From positions 32,001 to 96,000 of the forward strand of contig JACQID010000008.1 in the NCBI GenBank assembly GCA_016198685.1: a stretch of 64,000 bases of DNA. Reading direction: 5' to 3'. Below, piece by piece: positions 38,265 through 47,576 of the stretch; the first letter of the stretch is position 1, and each line of letters opens with the position of its first letter. The translations under genes were made by a program, and so were the position numbers. Origin of the DNA: Candidatus Aenigmatarchaeota archaeon (GTDB lineage: Archaea > Aenigmatarchaeota > Aenigmatarchaeia > GW2011-AR5). The notes below the pieces were generated by a model. The model did no database searches. It saw nothing but the letters and a program-made list of their open reading frames with translations, and had not been told where the DNA came from.

Positions 38265-39101
38265 ATGGTCATGTATTTTGATGAAGTAGTCAAAAGGTTC
38301 CCAGGGTCGCTTACAAGGCTTGAAGGGCTCAGCGAGATAGGTTATTCACCATTGACGCTTAACGAGAACAGGGATGCAAAACTTGCCGAAAGAAACAAGC
38401 AATTGGCAGAGATTTTCAAGATACTTGATGTTGAACACGTCGAATGTCTGTACAACGGGGGCGAGGAGATTGCAATACAGTTCCGTGCAGGTTCGCCTCT
38501 CAGACGGCCTGTGAGGCACGGGAATTACGGTGGAAGTTATTTTGGATTCAATCTCGACAGGTTTGATTCATTGGTAAGCGGAATAAAAGAGGCAGGTCTT
38601 GATTGCGATATACGGGTTCATCAGCCCGATAGTGACGGCGGGCAGGAAGTAGCCGAAATTGCGGTAAAATCGGAAGGGGATTCTGGATACGATATCATCC
38701 GCAGAGGCACGCTAAGCGAACTTCATGTAGATCCCGATCATCCAAACCCTAAAGGTGTTCCACCCGGAGATTATTATATACATGAAACAGGCAACACCGA
38801 GAAAGTGCTAGTTGAACTATCACCGCCGAGATGCTTTCTTGGCGTCGAGCTTGGTGGCAGAAAAGTTAACGAAGTGGAGGAGCCGCTATATGAACTTCGC
38901 AGGCGCCTTCCGCAGCTAGCAACAATATATGCAAGGCCCGATGGCACAATACGCGTATCAAGAGACCAGTTGCATAATCCTGATATAAGAAAGGCTCTGG
39001 ATTACGTCGCTAAGACTCTTTTTGATGTCGACACTAATCCGGGGGTTAAGAGTAATTTTTATGCGAACAGTGATGCTCGAAATCTCGCTAATGCTGTATG
39101 A
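38265..39101 (+). CDS. Hypothetical protein, paralog of 37252-37818
   Basis: C-terminal motif RPDGTIRVSRDQLHNPDIRKALDYVAKTLF. Confidence 0.72.
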   Translation: MVMYFDEVVKRFPGSLTRLEGLSEIGYSPLTLNENRDAKLAERNKQLAEIFKILDVEHVECLYNGGEEIAIQFRAGSPLRRPVRHGNYGGSYFGFNLDRFDSLVSGIKEAGLDCDIRVHQPDSDGGQEVAEIAVKSEGDSGYDIIRRGTLSELHVDPDHPNPKGVPPGDYYIHETGNTEKVLVELSPPRCFLGVELGGRKVNEVEEPLYELRRRLPQLATIYARPDGTIRVSRDQLHNPDIRKALDYVAKTLFDVDTNPGVKSNFYANSDARNLANAV

Positions 39102-39195
39102 TACGCCGTATATTGGATTCAGATATCGATACACAACCACTTTGCCCACAAAACGCTTAAGTAGTATTTTTTTCAATCAAAGAAAGGTGGAAAAG

Positions 39196-39503
39196 ATGGG
39201 TGAATATCTTCACGGGCGAGTGCCTTCATATGCAGTAAGAATAATACGTTAACGGCAGATTCATCCAGATTTTTCTATGCAAAGCTTGATGACAGGGGGC
39301 GCATCCGCCTCCCGAGAGTCTTTGTTTCAGGCGAAACAATCCGATTTTCCGCTGACGTGAAGAAGCGCACGGTTTGCATTTTCCGCGGCGGCCGCTATCG
39401 TGTGGATTCAAGGCGCCGCGTTTTCGTGCCTTCTGACATACGGCGCAGCTTGGGGCTTGCCAAAGGTATATATGTCAAAATCGTGGAGCGCGGGAACGCA
39501 TGA
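39196..39503 (+). pseudogene. AbrB/MraZ-like tandem-domain gene lacking an in-frame start (frameshifted or recoded)
   Basis: Open frame 39204-39503 encodes YAKLDDRGRIRLP...RVDSRRRVFVPSDIRRSLGL and overlaps the racemase ATG (ATGA); the SD-preceded ATG at 39196 is in another frame. Confidence 0.55.
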
Positions 39504-40207
39504 AAACCAACAGCGTTCTTTGGAAACCCATAGGGATATTGGGCGGCATGGGGCCGGAGGCCACGGCGGAACTTTACAAGCGCATAGTAAATGTGTGCCA
39601 GTTCAAATACGGCGCCATAAAGGACTCAGATTTTCCAGAAATGTTCATATACAATCTGCCGCTCCCTGACATTTTGGGAGACGAGGAGGACAGGGATGCG
39701 ATACGGGAGCTTATCAATGCGGCTCTCCGTAAACTCAAGGGCGCAGGCTCCGACTTTATCGCCGTGCCGTGCAATACGGCGTTTGATTACATAGACTCGT
39801 CAAGCACAAAATTACCGGTTGTGAACATAATTGAAGAGGCTCTTCGTGAATGCAAGCGCTTGGGAGTTAAAACGGCAGGCCTTATTTCCACGGGCAGAAC
39901 CGCAAGGAGAGGATTATATTCGGCTTTTGCAAGCGGGATAGAAATACGTGTGCTTTCGGAGCAGCCGCAGGAAAGGGCGGATAACGTAATTCTCAACGTG
40001 CTGGCAGGCCGAAAAGTAATCGAAGATCGGGAATACCTGAAAGCGTTATCAACACAGTTCGCAAAAGAGGGATGCGATGCAGTTATTCTGGGATGCACGG
40101 AGCTTCCGCTGCTCGTGTCGCAAGAAGACATGGAATTGCGCACGATAGACACGCTTCAGGTGCTTGCAGAAAGATGCGTTTTGAAATCAAGGGGCGACAT
40201 ATCATGA
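39500..40207 (+). CDS. Aspartate/glutamate racemase family protein
   Basis: IGILGGMGPEAT, AVPCNTA, ILGCTELP (both catalytic Cys). Confidence 0.93.
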   Translation: MKTNSVLWKPIGILGGMGPEATAELYKRIVNVCQFKYGAIKDSDFPEMFIYNLPLPDILGDEEDRDAIRELINAALRKLKGAGSDFIAVPCNTAFDYIDSSSTKLPVVNIIEEALRECKRLGVKTAGLISTGRTARRGLYSAFASGIEIRVLSEQPQERADNVILNVLAGRKVIEDREYLKALSTQFAKEGCDAVILGCTELPLLVSQEDMELRTIDTLQVLAERCVLKSRGDIS

Positions 40208-40288
40208 AAGAAGGCGGATTTCTTCATAATAGAAGAAACAAGGGAACCGAGAGAATATTCGGGCAATAATCTCTATTACGGACTGAAC

Positions 40289-41113
40289 GTGAGCGCCAAT
40301 GCCAGCCTTGAACCTATAGACCAATTGGATGGTTTCCTCGCAGCCGCACATGTCCAGCGGAATACCGGCGCACTTTTTTATCCATACATAGCCGGCGTCT
40401 ACAATTGTCTGAACGCGAGATCGCCAAAGGAAGCGGCAAAGCAAGCCGAGCGGAGGGCATCGCTTGATGCGGGCAAACAAGTTCTTCTTTCCAATGTGAT
40501 GATAAATCTTGCGATATCCGGTACTGTGCTGACAACCTATGATTTTTGGAAGGAGAGAGGATATTGGGAGATTGTAAGATGCCTTCTGGAGGATGGAATT
40601 GTGGGTCGCCTGCCTGAGGATCTTTGCAAAAGAGGCATTAGATTAGGGGATTTTCCGCGAGAAATTGCCGGCAATATGGGAAAATCGTTGGGTCGTAGTT
40701 TTGATAACCTTTATACCGGAAGCCTATACGTGCCCGTAGAGGTGGCGGAAGCGTTGTGGTTGAGGAAAAGATATGGCGTAGACTGGAAAATCGGTCCGCC
40801 TTCCGAAGAATTGTACGATAGATTCATAGAAGAATCCGGCATTGGCATAATCCGCACGCCGCAGCCAAGCGCAACTGAAGACGGGGAAGTGAAAATAGGA
40901 ATGCCTTATATAGGCAAACCCGCGCAAACAGAAAGGATACTATTTTCAGATGATATGTCATCATTGCAAAGAAAGGCATTTGATGGCAATCCGTCTTTCG
41001 GTTATGCCTTTAAGCTGTCGGACGCATATGAGAAATTATTCGGGAATGATGGGTATTCCCGCCGCCCGGCAGAAAGAATTTATAATCTGATAGAGTTAGC
41101 TAAAAAGAAGTGA
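40289..41113 (+). CDS. Hypothetical protein
   Basis: 274-aa ORF with probable GTG start; no motif recognised. Confidence 0.65.
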   Translation: MSANASLEPIDQLDGFLAAAHVQRNTGALFYPYIAGVYNCLNARSPKEAAKQAERRASLDAGKQVLLSNVMINLAISGTVLTTYDFWKERGYWEIVRCLLEDGIVGRLPEDLCKRGIRLGDFPREIAGNMGKSLGRSFDNLYTGSLYVPVEVAEALWLRKRYGVDWKIGPPSEELYDRFIEESGIGIIRTPQPSATEDGEVKIGMPYIGKPAQTERILFSDDMSSLQRKAFDGNPSFGYAFKLSDAYEKLFGNDGYSRRPAERIYNLIELAKKK

Positions 41114-41235
41114 TAGTATGGCACTTCGGCCGCGAAAAGGTCGTCAACCATAAATCCGCCGAGATAAGGATGAGCAATAATGGGATGCCCCCCACCACAT
41201 AAAGCTTATAAATTAGTATATACAAGTTATACTTT

Positions 41236-41475
41236 ATGGAGAAACTGGTAAAGGACGTCAAAGAAGAAGAATGGAAAGTCTTCCGTGCCGAGGCTGCCAT
41301 GCACGGCCTTAAAGTCGGGGAATTTTTCGGGTATCTTGTTGAGGAGCATATAAAAATGGAAAGAAAAACCGGCAATTGGGATAATTTGTCAAAGCGCAAA
41401 GTGCTTACCGAAAAGGATGCAAAAAAAATGAAGGAAGCGCTGAAGATATTTGAAAAAGGATACGATTTTGAATAG
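41236..41475 (+). CDS. Putative antitoxin (VapB-like)
   Basis: 79-aa ORF directly upstream of a PIN toxin; ribbon-helix-helix-like VKDVKEEEWKVFRAEAAMHGLKVGEFF; AGTATA-N7-TATACT inverted repeat at 41215-41233. Confidence 0.75.
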   Translation: MEKLVKDVKEEEWKVFRAEAAMHGLKVGEFFGYLVEEHIKMERKTGNWDNLSKRKVLTEKDAKKMKEALKIFEKGYDFE

Positions 41476-41485
41476 CGGTGATACA

Positions 41486-41881
41486 ATGATCGTGCTTGAT
41501 ACCGATGCCCTGATAGAGCTGGAAAGGAATAACGCAAAGGTTATAGAAAGGATAAGCAAAATGAGGAAGGAGCACCCGGAAGATATTTCCATCACATCTG
41601 CGGTATATGCGGAATTCTCGTTTGGCCTCATGAACTTGAGCAAAGAAAAGCAGGACCTCACTGTTGCATCCCTGAATCGATATAGGGTACTGGATTTTGA
41701 CAGGCCGTCGGCTTCTGAATTCGCTAAGCTGAAATGGAAATTGGAAAAAGAAGGCAGAGTCGTGCCGATAATGGATTTGGTTACCGCATCAATATCTATG
41801 AGACACGGCGCCACGCTCGTCACAGGCGACGCACATTATGAACGGATAAACGGTCTGAACGTGATTATGCTTAATTTATAA
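41486..41881 (+). CDS. vapC: PIN-domain toxin (VapC family)
   Basis: MIVLDTDALIE, SAVYAEF, IMDLVTAS, LVTGDAHY. Confidence 0.9.
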   Translation: MIVLDTDALIELERNNAKVIERISKMRKEHPEDISITSAVYAEFSFGLMNLSKEKQDLTVASLNRYRVLDFDRPSASEFAKLKWKLEKEGRVVPIMDLVTASISMRHGATLVTGDAHYERINGLNVIMLNL

Positions 41882-43113
41882 TGATTGTGTATGCCATGAC
41901 ATTCCAGCCGCCGAAAGGCACGAGGGATTTCTTGCCTGAGGAGATGGCAAAGAGAAGGAAAGCTTTTGATACGTGCCGCGCTGTCTTTGAAAAATATGGA
42001 TTTGGGGAAGTGGATACCCCTGTTTTTGAAAGTCTGGAAATGCTTACGGCCAAAGGCTCGTTAGGCGAAGAGGCCGTCAAGGACATATACCGCTTTGAAG
42101 ACAAATCGAAGCGCAAGCTTGGGCTTCGTTATGATCTTACTGTTCCTATAGTTCGGCTTTTCCTTTCTCAGAAATTCTCAAAGCCTGTCAAATGGTATTA
42201 TATTAATAAAGTCTGGCGTTACGAGGATATTTCCAAAGGGAGATGGCGTGAATTCTCTCAATGCGATGCCGAGATTATAGGCTCGCCTTCGGCTGAAGCA
42301 GATTCTGAAATCCTTGGCGTTGCGATAGATTGCCTGCTTTCGCTGGGGGTAAAGGATATAGATGTCCGGATAAACAGCCGCAAAATCATGGATTCTATGG
42401 CTGAGAAAGCCGGCATCAAAGAGAAGGACGCCTTATTCAGGGCAATAGACAAGCTTGAAAAGAAAGGCGAATCTGAGGTAAGAAAAGAGCTTTCTTCTTT
42501 TGCCAATGCAAAGCAGATCGATATCGTCATGAAGGCCGTGCGCTCTTCTTCAGGAGAGCCTGAATTAGATGGCATAATAGCATTGTTGCCGCAGGCATAC
42601 CGCAAATTCGTGAAACAGGATTTTTCAATAGCACGTGGTCTTGATTATTATACGGGCTTCATATTCGAAATACGCATAAAGGGCGCGGAGTCTCTTGGCT
42701 CTGTGCTTGGAGGCGGCCGGTATGATCGTCTCATAGAAAAATACGGAGGCGAGCCTACGCCTGCGACAGGTTTTGGACTTGGCATCGACCGCGTGATAGC
42801 AGGAATGAGTAATACTGCACTCAGTGAGCCGAAAGGACTTTTCATAATTTCTCTAAGCGAACCTGCTAAAGAAAAGGCTCGTGAATTAGCGCAGGAATTG
42901 CGCGTAGCGGGTATCGTTGCCGAAACTGACCTGATGGGTCGTCCTCTCTCCAAGCAGCTTGATTATGCAAACAAAAAAGGCGTGAAATACACACTTGTCA
43001 TAGGCGACAAAGAGCTTTCTTCCGGCAGGGCCATGCTTCGTGACATGAAAAGCGGGAAAGAAATTCAAGTTGGCTTGAAGGCGAAGGAAATCGCGAAAAC
43101 GCTATCGGCTTGA
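41881..43113 (+). CDS. hisS: Histidyl-tRNA synthetase
   Basis: PKGTRDF, LRYDLTVP, GRWREFSQCDAE, ARGLDYYTG, GGGRYD, GFGLGIDR. Confidence 0.97.
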   Translation: MIVYAMTFQPPKGTRDFLPEEMAKRRKAFDTCRAVFEKYGFGEVDTPVFESLEMLTAKGSLGEEAVKDIYRFEDKSKRKLGLRYDLTVPIVRLFLSQKFSKPVKWYYINKVWRYEDISKGRWREFSQCDAEIIGSPSAEADSEILGVAIDCLLSLGVKDIDVRINSRKIMDSMAEKAGIKEKDALFRAIDKLEKKGESEVRKELSSFANAKQIDIVMKAVRSSSGEPELDGIIALLPQAYRKFVKQDFSIARGLDYYTGFIFEIRIKGAESLGSVLGGGRYDRLIEKYGGEPTPATGFGLGIDRVIAGMSNTALSEPKGLFIISLSEPAKEKARELAQELRVAGIVAETDLMGRPLSKQLDYANKKGVKYTLVIGDKELSSGRAMLRDMKSGKEIQVGLKAKEIAKTLSA

Positions 43114-43359
43114 TTTTTTGCGGTCCGTGCTTTTTCTGCTTTTGCCCATCATCTTCTTGCGGACGGCAAAATAATATACGAGTGCGCCTATAGGGCCGCC
43201 TATGAATATTATGATTATCCAAAGCAGCTTATCCTTGAAGTCGCGCTGTATGCAGTCAATGAGCATCCATACGGTAAATGCAAGAGAGGCGAAACCGAGA
43301 ATCATAGCTAACAGAAAAAACACGCCGAATAATAATGCTAAACCTTCAAGAAGGCTCAT
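43102..43359 (-). CDS. Small membrane protein (PLDc N-terminal-like)
   Basis: TVWMLIDCIQRDFKDKLLWIIIIFIGGPIGALVYYF. Confidence 0.8.
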   Translation of the reverse strand: MSLLEGLALLFGVFFLLAMILGFASLAFTVWMLIDCIQRDFKDKLLWIIIIFIGGPIGALVYYFAVRKKMMGKSRKSTDRKKSSR

Positions 43360-43419
43360 TCTCTTACATGGTAATATTCTATATATAAAGATAATACATC
43401 GAGGTTGCATTCTCATAGA

Positions 43420-43631
43420 ATGCAATCAAAATGTCCGCTGTACAGCAGTACGAAATTCAGCGTAGGGAACACGGATGTTATCGGAAAGCCCGACTGGTTT
43501 TCATACTATCCTTCTGAGGAAAGTCTATATTGAGAAAATCCACAGACATCAAAGTGTTTGCCTGCATGAAATGCGGGAACATGATCTTCACGGCCGATAT
43601 AGATCAGCTAAAGCAGATAGTAAAGAAATGA
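43420..43631 (+). pseudogene. Degenerate Zn-ribbon gene split over two frames
   Basis: MQSKCPLYSS... stops at 43533; the adjacent frame continues KSTDIKVFACMKCGNMIFTAD to a stop at 43631. Confidence 0.4.
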
Positions 43632-43691
43632 TTAATATTTCCCGCAAACCGACTATCGTAATAATACGTTATTTATGGTGCCCGTTCCAGT

Positions 43692-43802
43692 TTAATATCC
43701 AGCCATGACCCTCGCTTCCTCAAGGACGATACCACATTTCATGCAGTATGCTTCAAAACTGCTGTAAATCACTTTTCCGGACTTGCAGTTGGAACATTTC
43801 AT
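43692..43802 (-). CDS. 36-aa stand-alone TFIIB-type Zn-ribbon microprotein
   Basis: Manual translation MKCSNCKSGKVIYSSFEAYCMKCGIVLEEARVMAGY. Confidence 0.7.
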   Translation of the reverse strand: MKCSNCKSGKVIYSSFEAYCMKCGIVLEEARVMAGY

Positions 43803-44058
43803 AATTTAATTATCGTTTTTATGCAATAAACATTTTTCCGTGCTCTGACCAATAGATTTCAATAAATATGATAGGTTATCTCAATTGCCATGGGTTCTCA
43901 TGAGTATGGCCTATGTCGGCATTCAATAAGCTTTATAAGAATTTCGATAGTAATCAGTCATAGGCTCTTACTTCTGCCGGCGAAAGCCGGTTAGGTTAGA
44001 ACACAAAATAAAACATAGAGTTAGAATATAAAACAAAAGCATAGAATAGGTGAAATAA

Positions 44059-45882
44059 ATGAAAGAAAAGAATGCGCACAGCGCGCAGAACGTACAGAAG
44101 ATTGTACCCGATACCAGCGTGATAATATCCGGCATACTGTCGGATCTGGTGAAGAAAGGCGAATTGAAAGGGATAGAGATTATAATTCCAGAATTCGTTG
44201 TAGAGGAGCTCCGCTCCCAGGCATCCCGCGGCCGCGAGATCGGCTTCAAGGGTCTGAGGGAACTGAAGGAAATCCGCGCCCTTGAGGAAGAAAAGAAGCT
44301 TACTGTCATAAGAACAGGCAGACGCCAGACAATGGAAGAAATCCAGCTTGCCAAGTACGGCAGGATAGACGGACTCATAGTTGACGTCGCCAAACAGGAA
44401 AAAGCGGTTCTTTACACTTCTGATCGTGTCCAGCATCTGGTCGCTGAAGCCGAAGGTGTAGTTTCGGTATTCTTTGAGCCTTACCAGAAAAAGGAGACGG
44501 TTCTTGCAAAGATGCTCACAGACGATACAATGAGCTTGCATCTCAAGGAAAAATGCGCGCCTATGGCCAAGCGGGGAAGACCTGGCGAAATGAAGCTTGT
44601 GAAAATATCAGACGATCTTCTTACAGAAGAGCAAATGGAATCTATAATAAAAGAGGTCATGGATGCATGCCGGTACGAGGAGGATTCGTTCCTTGAAGTG
44701 GACGGTCATACAGCCAGCGTAGTTCAGATGGGCAATATGCGTATTGCAATAGCAAGGCCGCCGTATTCTGACGGCATAGAAATCTCGGTTGTAAGGCCAA
44801 CAGCGAAGCTTACGCTTGACGATTACAAGCTTTCTGAGAAACTGAAGAAGCGCCTCGAAGGCAAAGCCGAAGGTATACTGCTCTCCGGCCCCCCAGGATC
44901 GGGAAAAAGCACTTTCGCCGCGTCATTGGCGGAGTTCTACGAAAGCAAAAGCAAGATAGTAAAGACCATGGAATCGCCGCGTGATCTTCAGGTGAGACCG
45001 GAAATAACGCAGTACACAAAATTGAAAGGAAGCTTTGAGAATACGGCAGACATGCTTCTGCTTGTTCGTCCGGATTATGTAATCTTTGATGAAGTCCGCA
45101 AGACCAACGACTTCCATGTTTTTTCGGACATGCGCCTTGCAGGCATAGGCATGATAGGCGTTGTGCATGCAACAGATCCGGTAAGCTCGGTTCAGCGTTT
45201 CATTGGCAGGGTTGAAATGGGCATGATACCGCATATCGTAGATACGGTCGTGTATATCAAGGACGGCAAGGTAGGCAAGATATATACCCTCTCACTCATA
45301 GTCAGGACGCCTACCGGCATGACGGAAGCCGATTTGGCAAGGCCGATAGTGGAAGTACGCGACTTTGAAAGCAATGCCCTTGAATATGAAATATACAGTT
45401 ACGGTGAAGAGAACGTCATAATACCTGTCAAGGAAGAGGCAACTTCTGCAGTGCAAGAATTGGCTAAGAAACAAATTCTTGCAGAATTGCGCAAATACGA
45501 CAGGAACGCAGAAGTCGAATTCCTTTCTGACAACAGCATAACGGCATACGTAGAGAACGATGTGATGGCAAGAATAATCGGCAAAGAAGGCCGCAACATC
45601 AAGGAACTTGAAGAAAAACTTGGCTTGAGGATAGACGTTTCTCCAAGAGTCGCCACTATGGGCAAGGAAGCCAAGTTTGTCTACGACGAATCGGGCGGAT
45701 ACATACTCTTTAACTTTAACGAGCGGCTTCAGGGCCATGTAGCGAATTTTCACGTTGACGGCGAGTATCTGTTCTCGGCGACCATAGGGAAAGGAGGAAG
45801 CGTCCGGGTTTCGAAAACAAGCGACACGGGCAAGGAACTAATGAAGGCATTGGTCAAGGGAAGCCTCACTACATTCGTGTAG
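44059..45882 (+). CDS. PIN-ATPase-KH protein (PINA family branch-migration ATPase)
   Basis: N-terminal PIN (VPDTSVII), GPPGSGKST, LLLVRPDYVIFDEVR, GVVHA, KH IIGKEGRNI. Confidence 0.92.
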   Translation: MKEKNAHSAQNVQKIVPDTSVIISGILSDLVKKGELKGIEIIIPEFVVEELRSQASRGREIGFKGLRELKEIRALEEEKKLTVIRTGRRQTMEEIQLAKYGRIDGLIVDVAKQEKAVLYTSDRVQHLVAEAEGVVSVFFEPYQKKETVLAKMLTDDTMSLHLKEKCAPMAKRGRPGEMKLVKISDDLLTEEQMESIIKEVMDACRYEEDSFLEVDGHTASVVQMGNMRIAIARPPYSDGIEISVVRPTAKLTLDDYKLSEKLKKRLEGKAEGILLSGPPGSGKSTFAASLAEFYESKSKIVKTMESPRDLQVRPEITQYTKLKGSFENTADMLLLVRPDYVIFDEVRKTNDFHVFSDMRLAGIGMIGVVHATDPVSSVQRFIGRVEMGMIPHIVDTVVYIKDGKVGKIYTLSLIVRTPTGMTEADLARPIVEVRDFESNALEYEIYSYGEENVIIPVKEEATSAVQELAKKQILAELRKYDRNAEVEFLSDNSITAYVENDVMARIIGKEGRNIKELEEKLGLRIDVSPRVATMGKEAKFVYDESGGYILFNFNERLQGHVANFHVDGEYLFSATIGKGGSVRVSKTSDTGKELMKALVKGSLTTFV

Positions 45883-45884
45883 CT

Positions 45885-45978
45885 CTTTAAAACCCACCGC
45901 TTGAAAGCGGTGGATTTGCACATCGAATTCCCGTTGTTTCATCCGCCGTGTTAATACGGCGGAATTCGATGTTTAAAG
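45885..45978. repeat. Double-hairpin palindromic element, IS200/IS605-end or MITE-like
   Basis: CCACCGCT-TGAA-AGCGGTGG (45894-45913); ACATCGAATTCC/GGAATTCGATGT (45920-45931, 45961-45972) with nested CCGCCGT/ACGGCGG. Confidence 0.55.
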
Positions 45979-46003
45979 GTTTCTTTGAGATTTATTTCAG
46001 CAA

Positions 46004-46119
46004 GCTCGCGTAGCTCAGCTTGGACAGAGCACTTCCCTCCTAGAGGTGACCTGAGCCGCAAGGCGATGAAGATTCCTGGAGTGAGGAAGGGGTCGCGCGT
46101 TCAAATCGCGTCGCGGGCG
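46004..46119 (+). tRNA. tRNA-Arg(CCT) with canonical 41-nt intron (46043-46083)
   Basis: CTTCC CT CCT A^A GGAAG; perfect central helix CUCC/GGAG; intron stem AGG/CCT. Confidence 0.95.
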
Positions 46120-46258
46120 TTTAAGTATTCGGATATCAAATCCAATATCCGGCAAGTTGCCATTTTTTATTATCTGCTTTTGCGCAAAGACGCATCCAGT
46201 AACCTATAAATATTTCCGGCGACATGGTCATTGATATAATAATTACAGAGGTTTCCCG

Positions 46259-47566
46259 ATGAATAAGTTTTTATTGCCACTTCTTGGTTTTTTCTTTCTC
46301 GCTGTTCCTGTTTATGCAAATGTGAATCTTACTGTAAACGGCACTGACATCGCTCCTGCGTTCATCAACACAATAGACAGGACAGCAATGCTTAACCTTA
46401 CCTTTAACATAACCGGGGATATAGGTGTGGCGAGTTCTATCGTAAATGTAACTTATATAAACGTGACTATAATTAACTCTTCTTTCGGATTCAATATAAG
46501 CAATATAACTGCGGTGGAAATAATCAACGCCTCAGGCGATGTCATAGCTTCTAATACAACAAATTCCAGCGCCTCGAATTTCACAATATTTTTCATAAGA
46601 ACTAACGGGTTTGTTGTCAATTCTTCTCACGGGAATTCAAGCTTTATAATATCGCTCAACATATCCTCCGCCGGAGCATTAGACAACGCTACTGGCGTGA
46701 ATATATCGGCCAATAGCTCTATAGTTACGGCGGGCAACATCAATATAACCGTAGGAAGCAACCGAGGATATACGCATGCATATTCCAATTTCTCGCGCAT
46801 AGCGGATATCCATGCATCAGCAAGCGTCAGCCCACGATATGTGGATACTTTCACAATCAATCAGACGATGATTTATACAATAAACGTCACGGGCAGGGAC
46901 GACATAGGCAATGTCACCATCACACTTCCGGTGGAGTACACAAACATTTCCATACAGCAGATTAAGAAAGACGGTTCTGTTGTTTCTACAGACGTCACAA
47001 GCAGCAATGTAAGCAGCAAAATCAATATAACCTTCACTACTGCCGCCGGTTCTAGCATAATAATCAATTTCACGGTTAATTCTTCAGTTGCGACAGGCAA
47101 TCTGACCTTGAACACGACATTGAAGGATTACAGATTGAACACAACGGCCAATGATAATAATACGGGCGTTTCGGTGTCGCCCATAATCACAATCCATAGC
47201 ATAGTCGGATCAAAGCTGACAGCGCTGCCCAATGGCACGGATTACTGGGAATTCAATTTCACGCTTAACTTTTCGGCCAATATCAGCGGAGGATTCATGT
47301 TCAGGATGCTGGATTGGACAAACAACGCGAGCCAAACAATAAACGTGAATACGACCAATACGAGCTATGCAGAAGTGCGCCTGGATGCAGACGGCACTAA
47401 GAGCGCAAATATAACGAATTCCTATGTATTATCAAGATATCTTCCCATGACATTGGTTTCCACCTCACAGCAGCGCATTGCGCTAAAGATGATACTGCCT
47501 GCAGGCACCCCGGTATCTTCAACGTGGTGGTCCACGTATTTCATGCTGTTCAGGACAGACCCTTGA
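46259..47566 (+). CDS. Secreted Asn/Thr/Ser-rich surface glycoprotein
   Basis: Signal peptide; about 41 N-X-S/T sequons by manual count. Confidence 0.85.
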   Translation: MNKFLLPLLGFFFLAVPVYANVNLTVNGTDIAPAFINTIDRTAMLNLTFNITGDIGVASSIVNVTYINVTIINSSFGFNISNITAVEIINASGDVIASNTTNSSASNFTIFFIRTNGFVVNSSHGNSSFIISLNISSAGALDNATGVNISANSSIVTAGNINITVGSNRGYTHAYSNFSRIADIHASASVSPRYVDTFTINQTMIYTINVTGRDDIGNVTITLPVEYTNISIQQIKKDGSVVSTDVTSSNVSSKINITFTTAAGSSIIINFTVNSSVATGNLTLNTTLKDYRLNTTANDNNTGVSVSPIITIHSIVGSKLTALPNGTDYWEFNFTLNFSANISGGFMFRMLDWTNNASQTINVNTTNTSYAEVRLDADGTKSANITNSYVLSRYLPMTLVSTSQQRIALKMILPAGTPVSSTWWSTYFMLFRTDP

Positions 47567-47576
47567 GGTATAAAAA

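Noticed and set aside
40204-40269. 21-aa ORF coupled to the racemase stop
   Set aside because: Too short and featureless
43968-44541. Antisense ORFs over PINA, and similar shadow ORFs throughout the track
   Set aside because: They lie on the opposite strand of confidently identified genes and lack motifs
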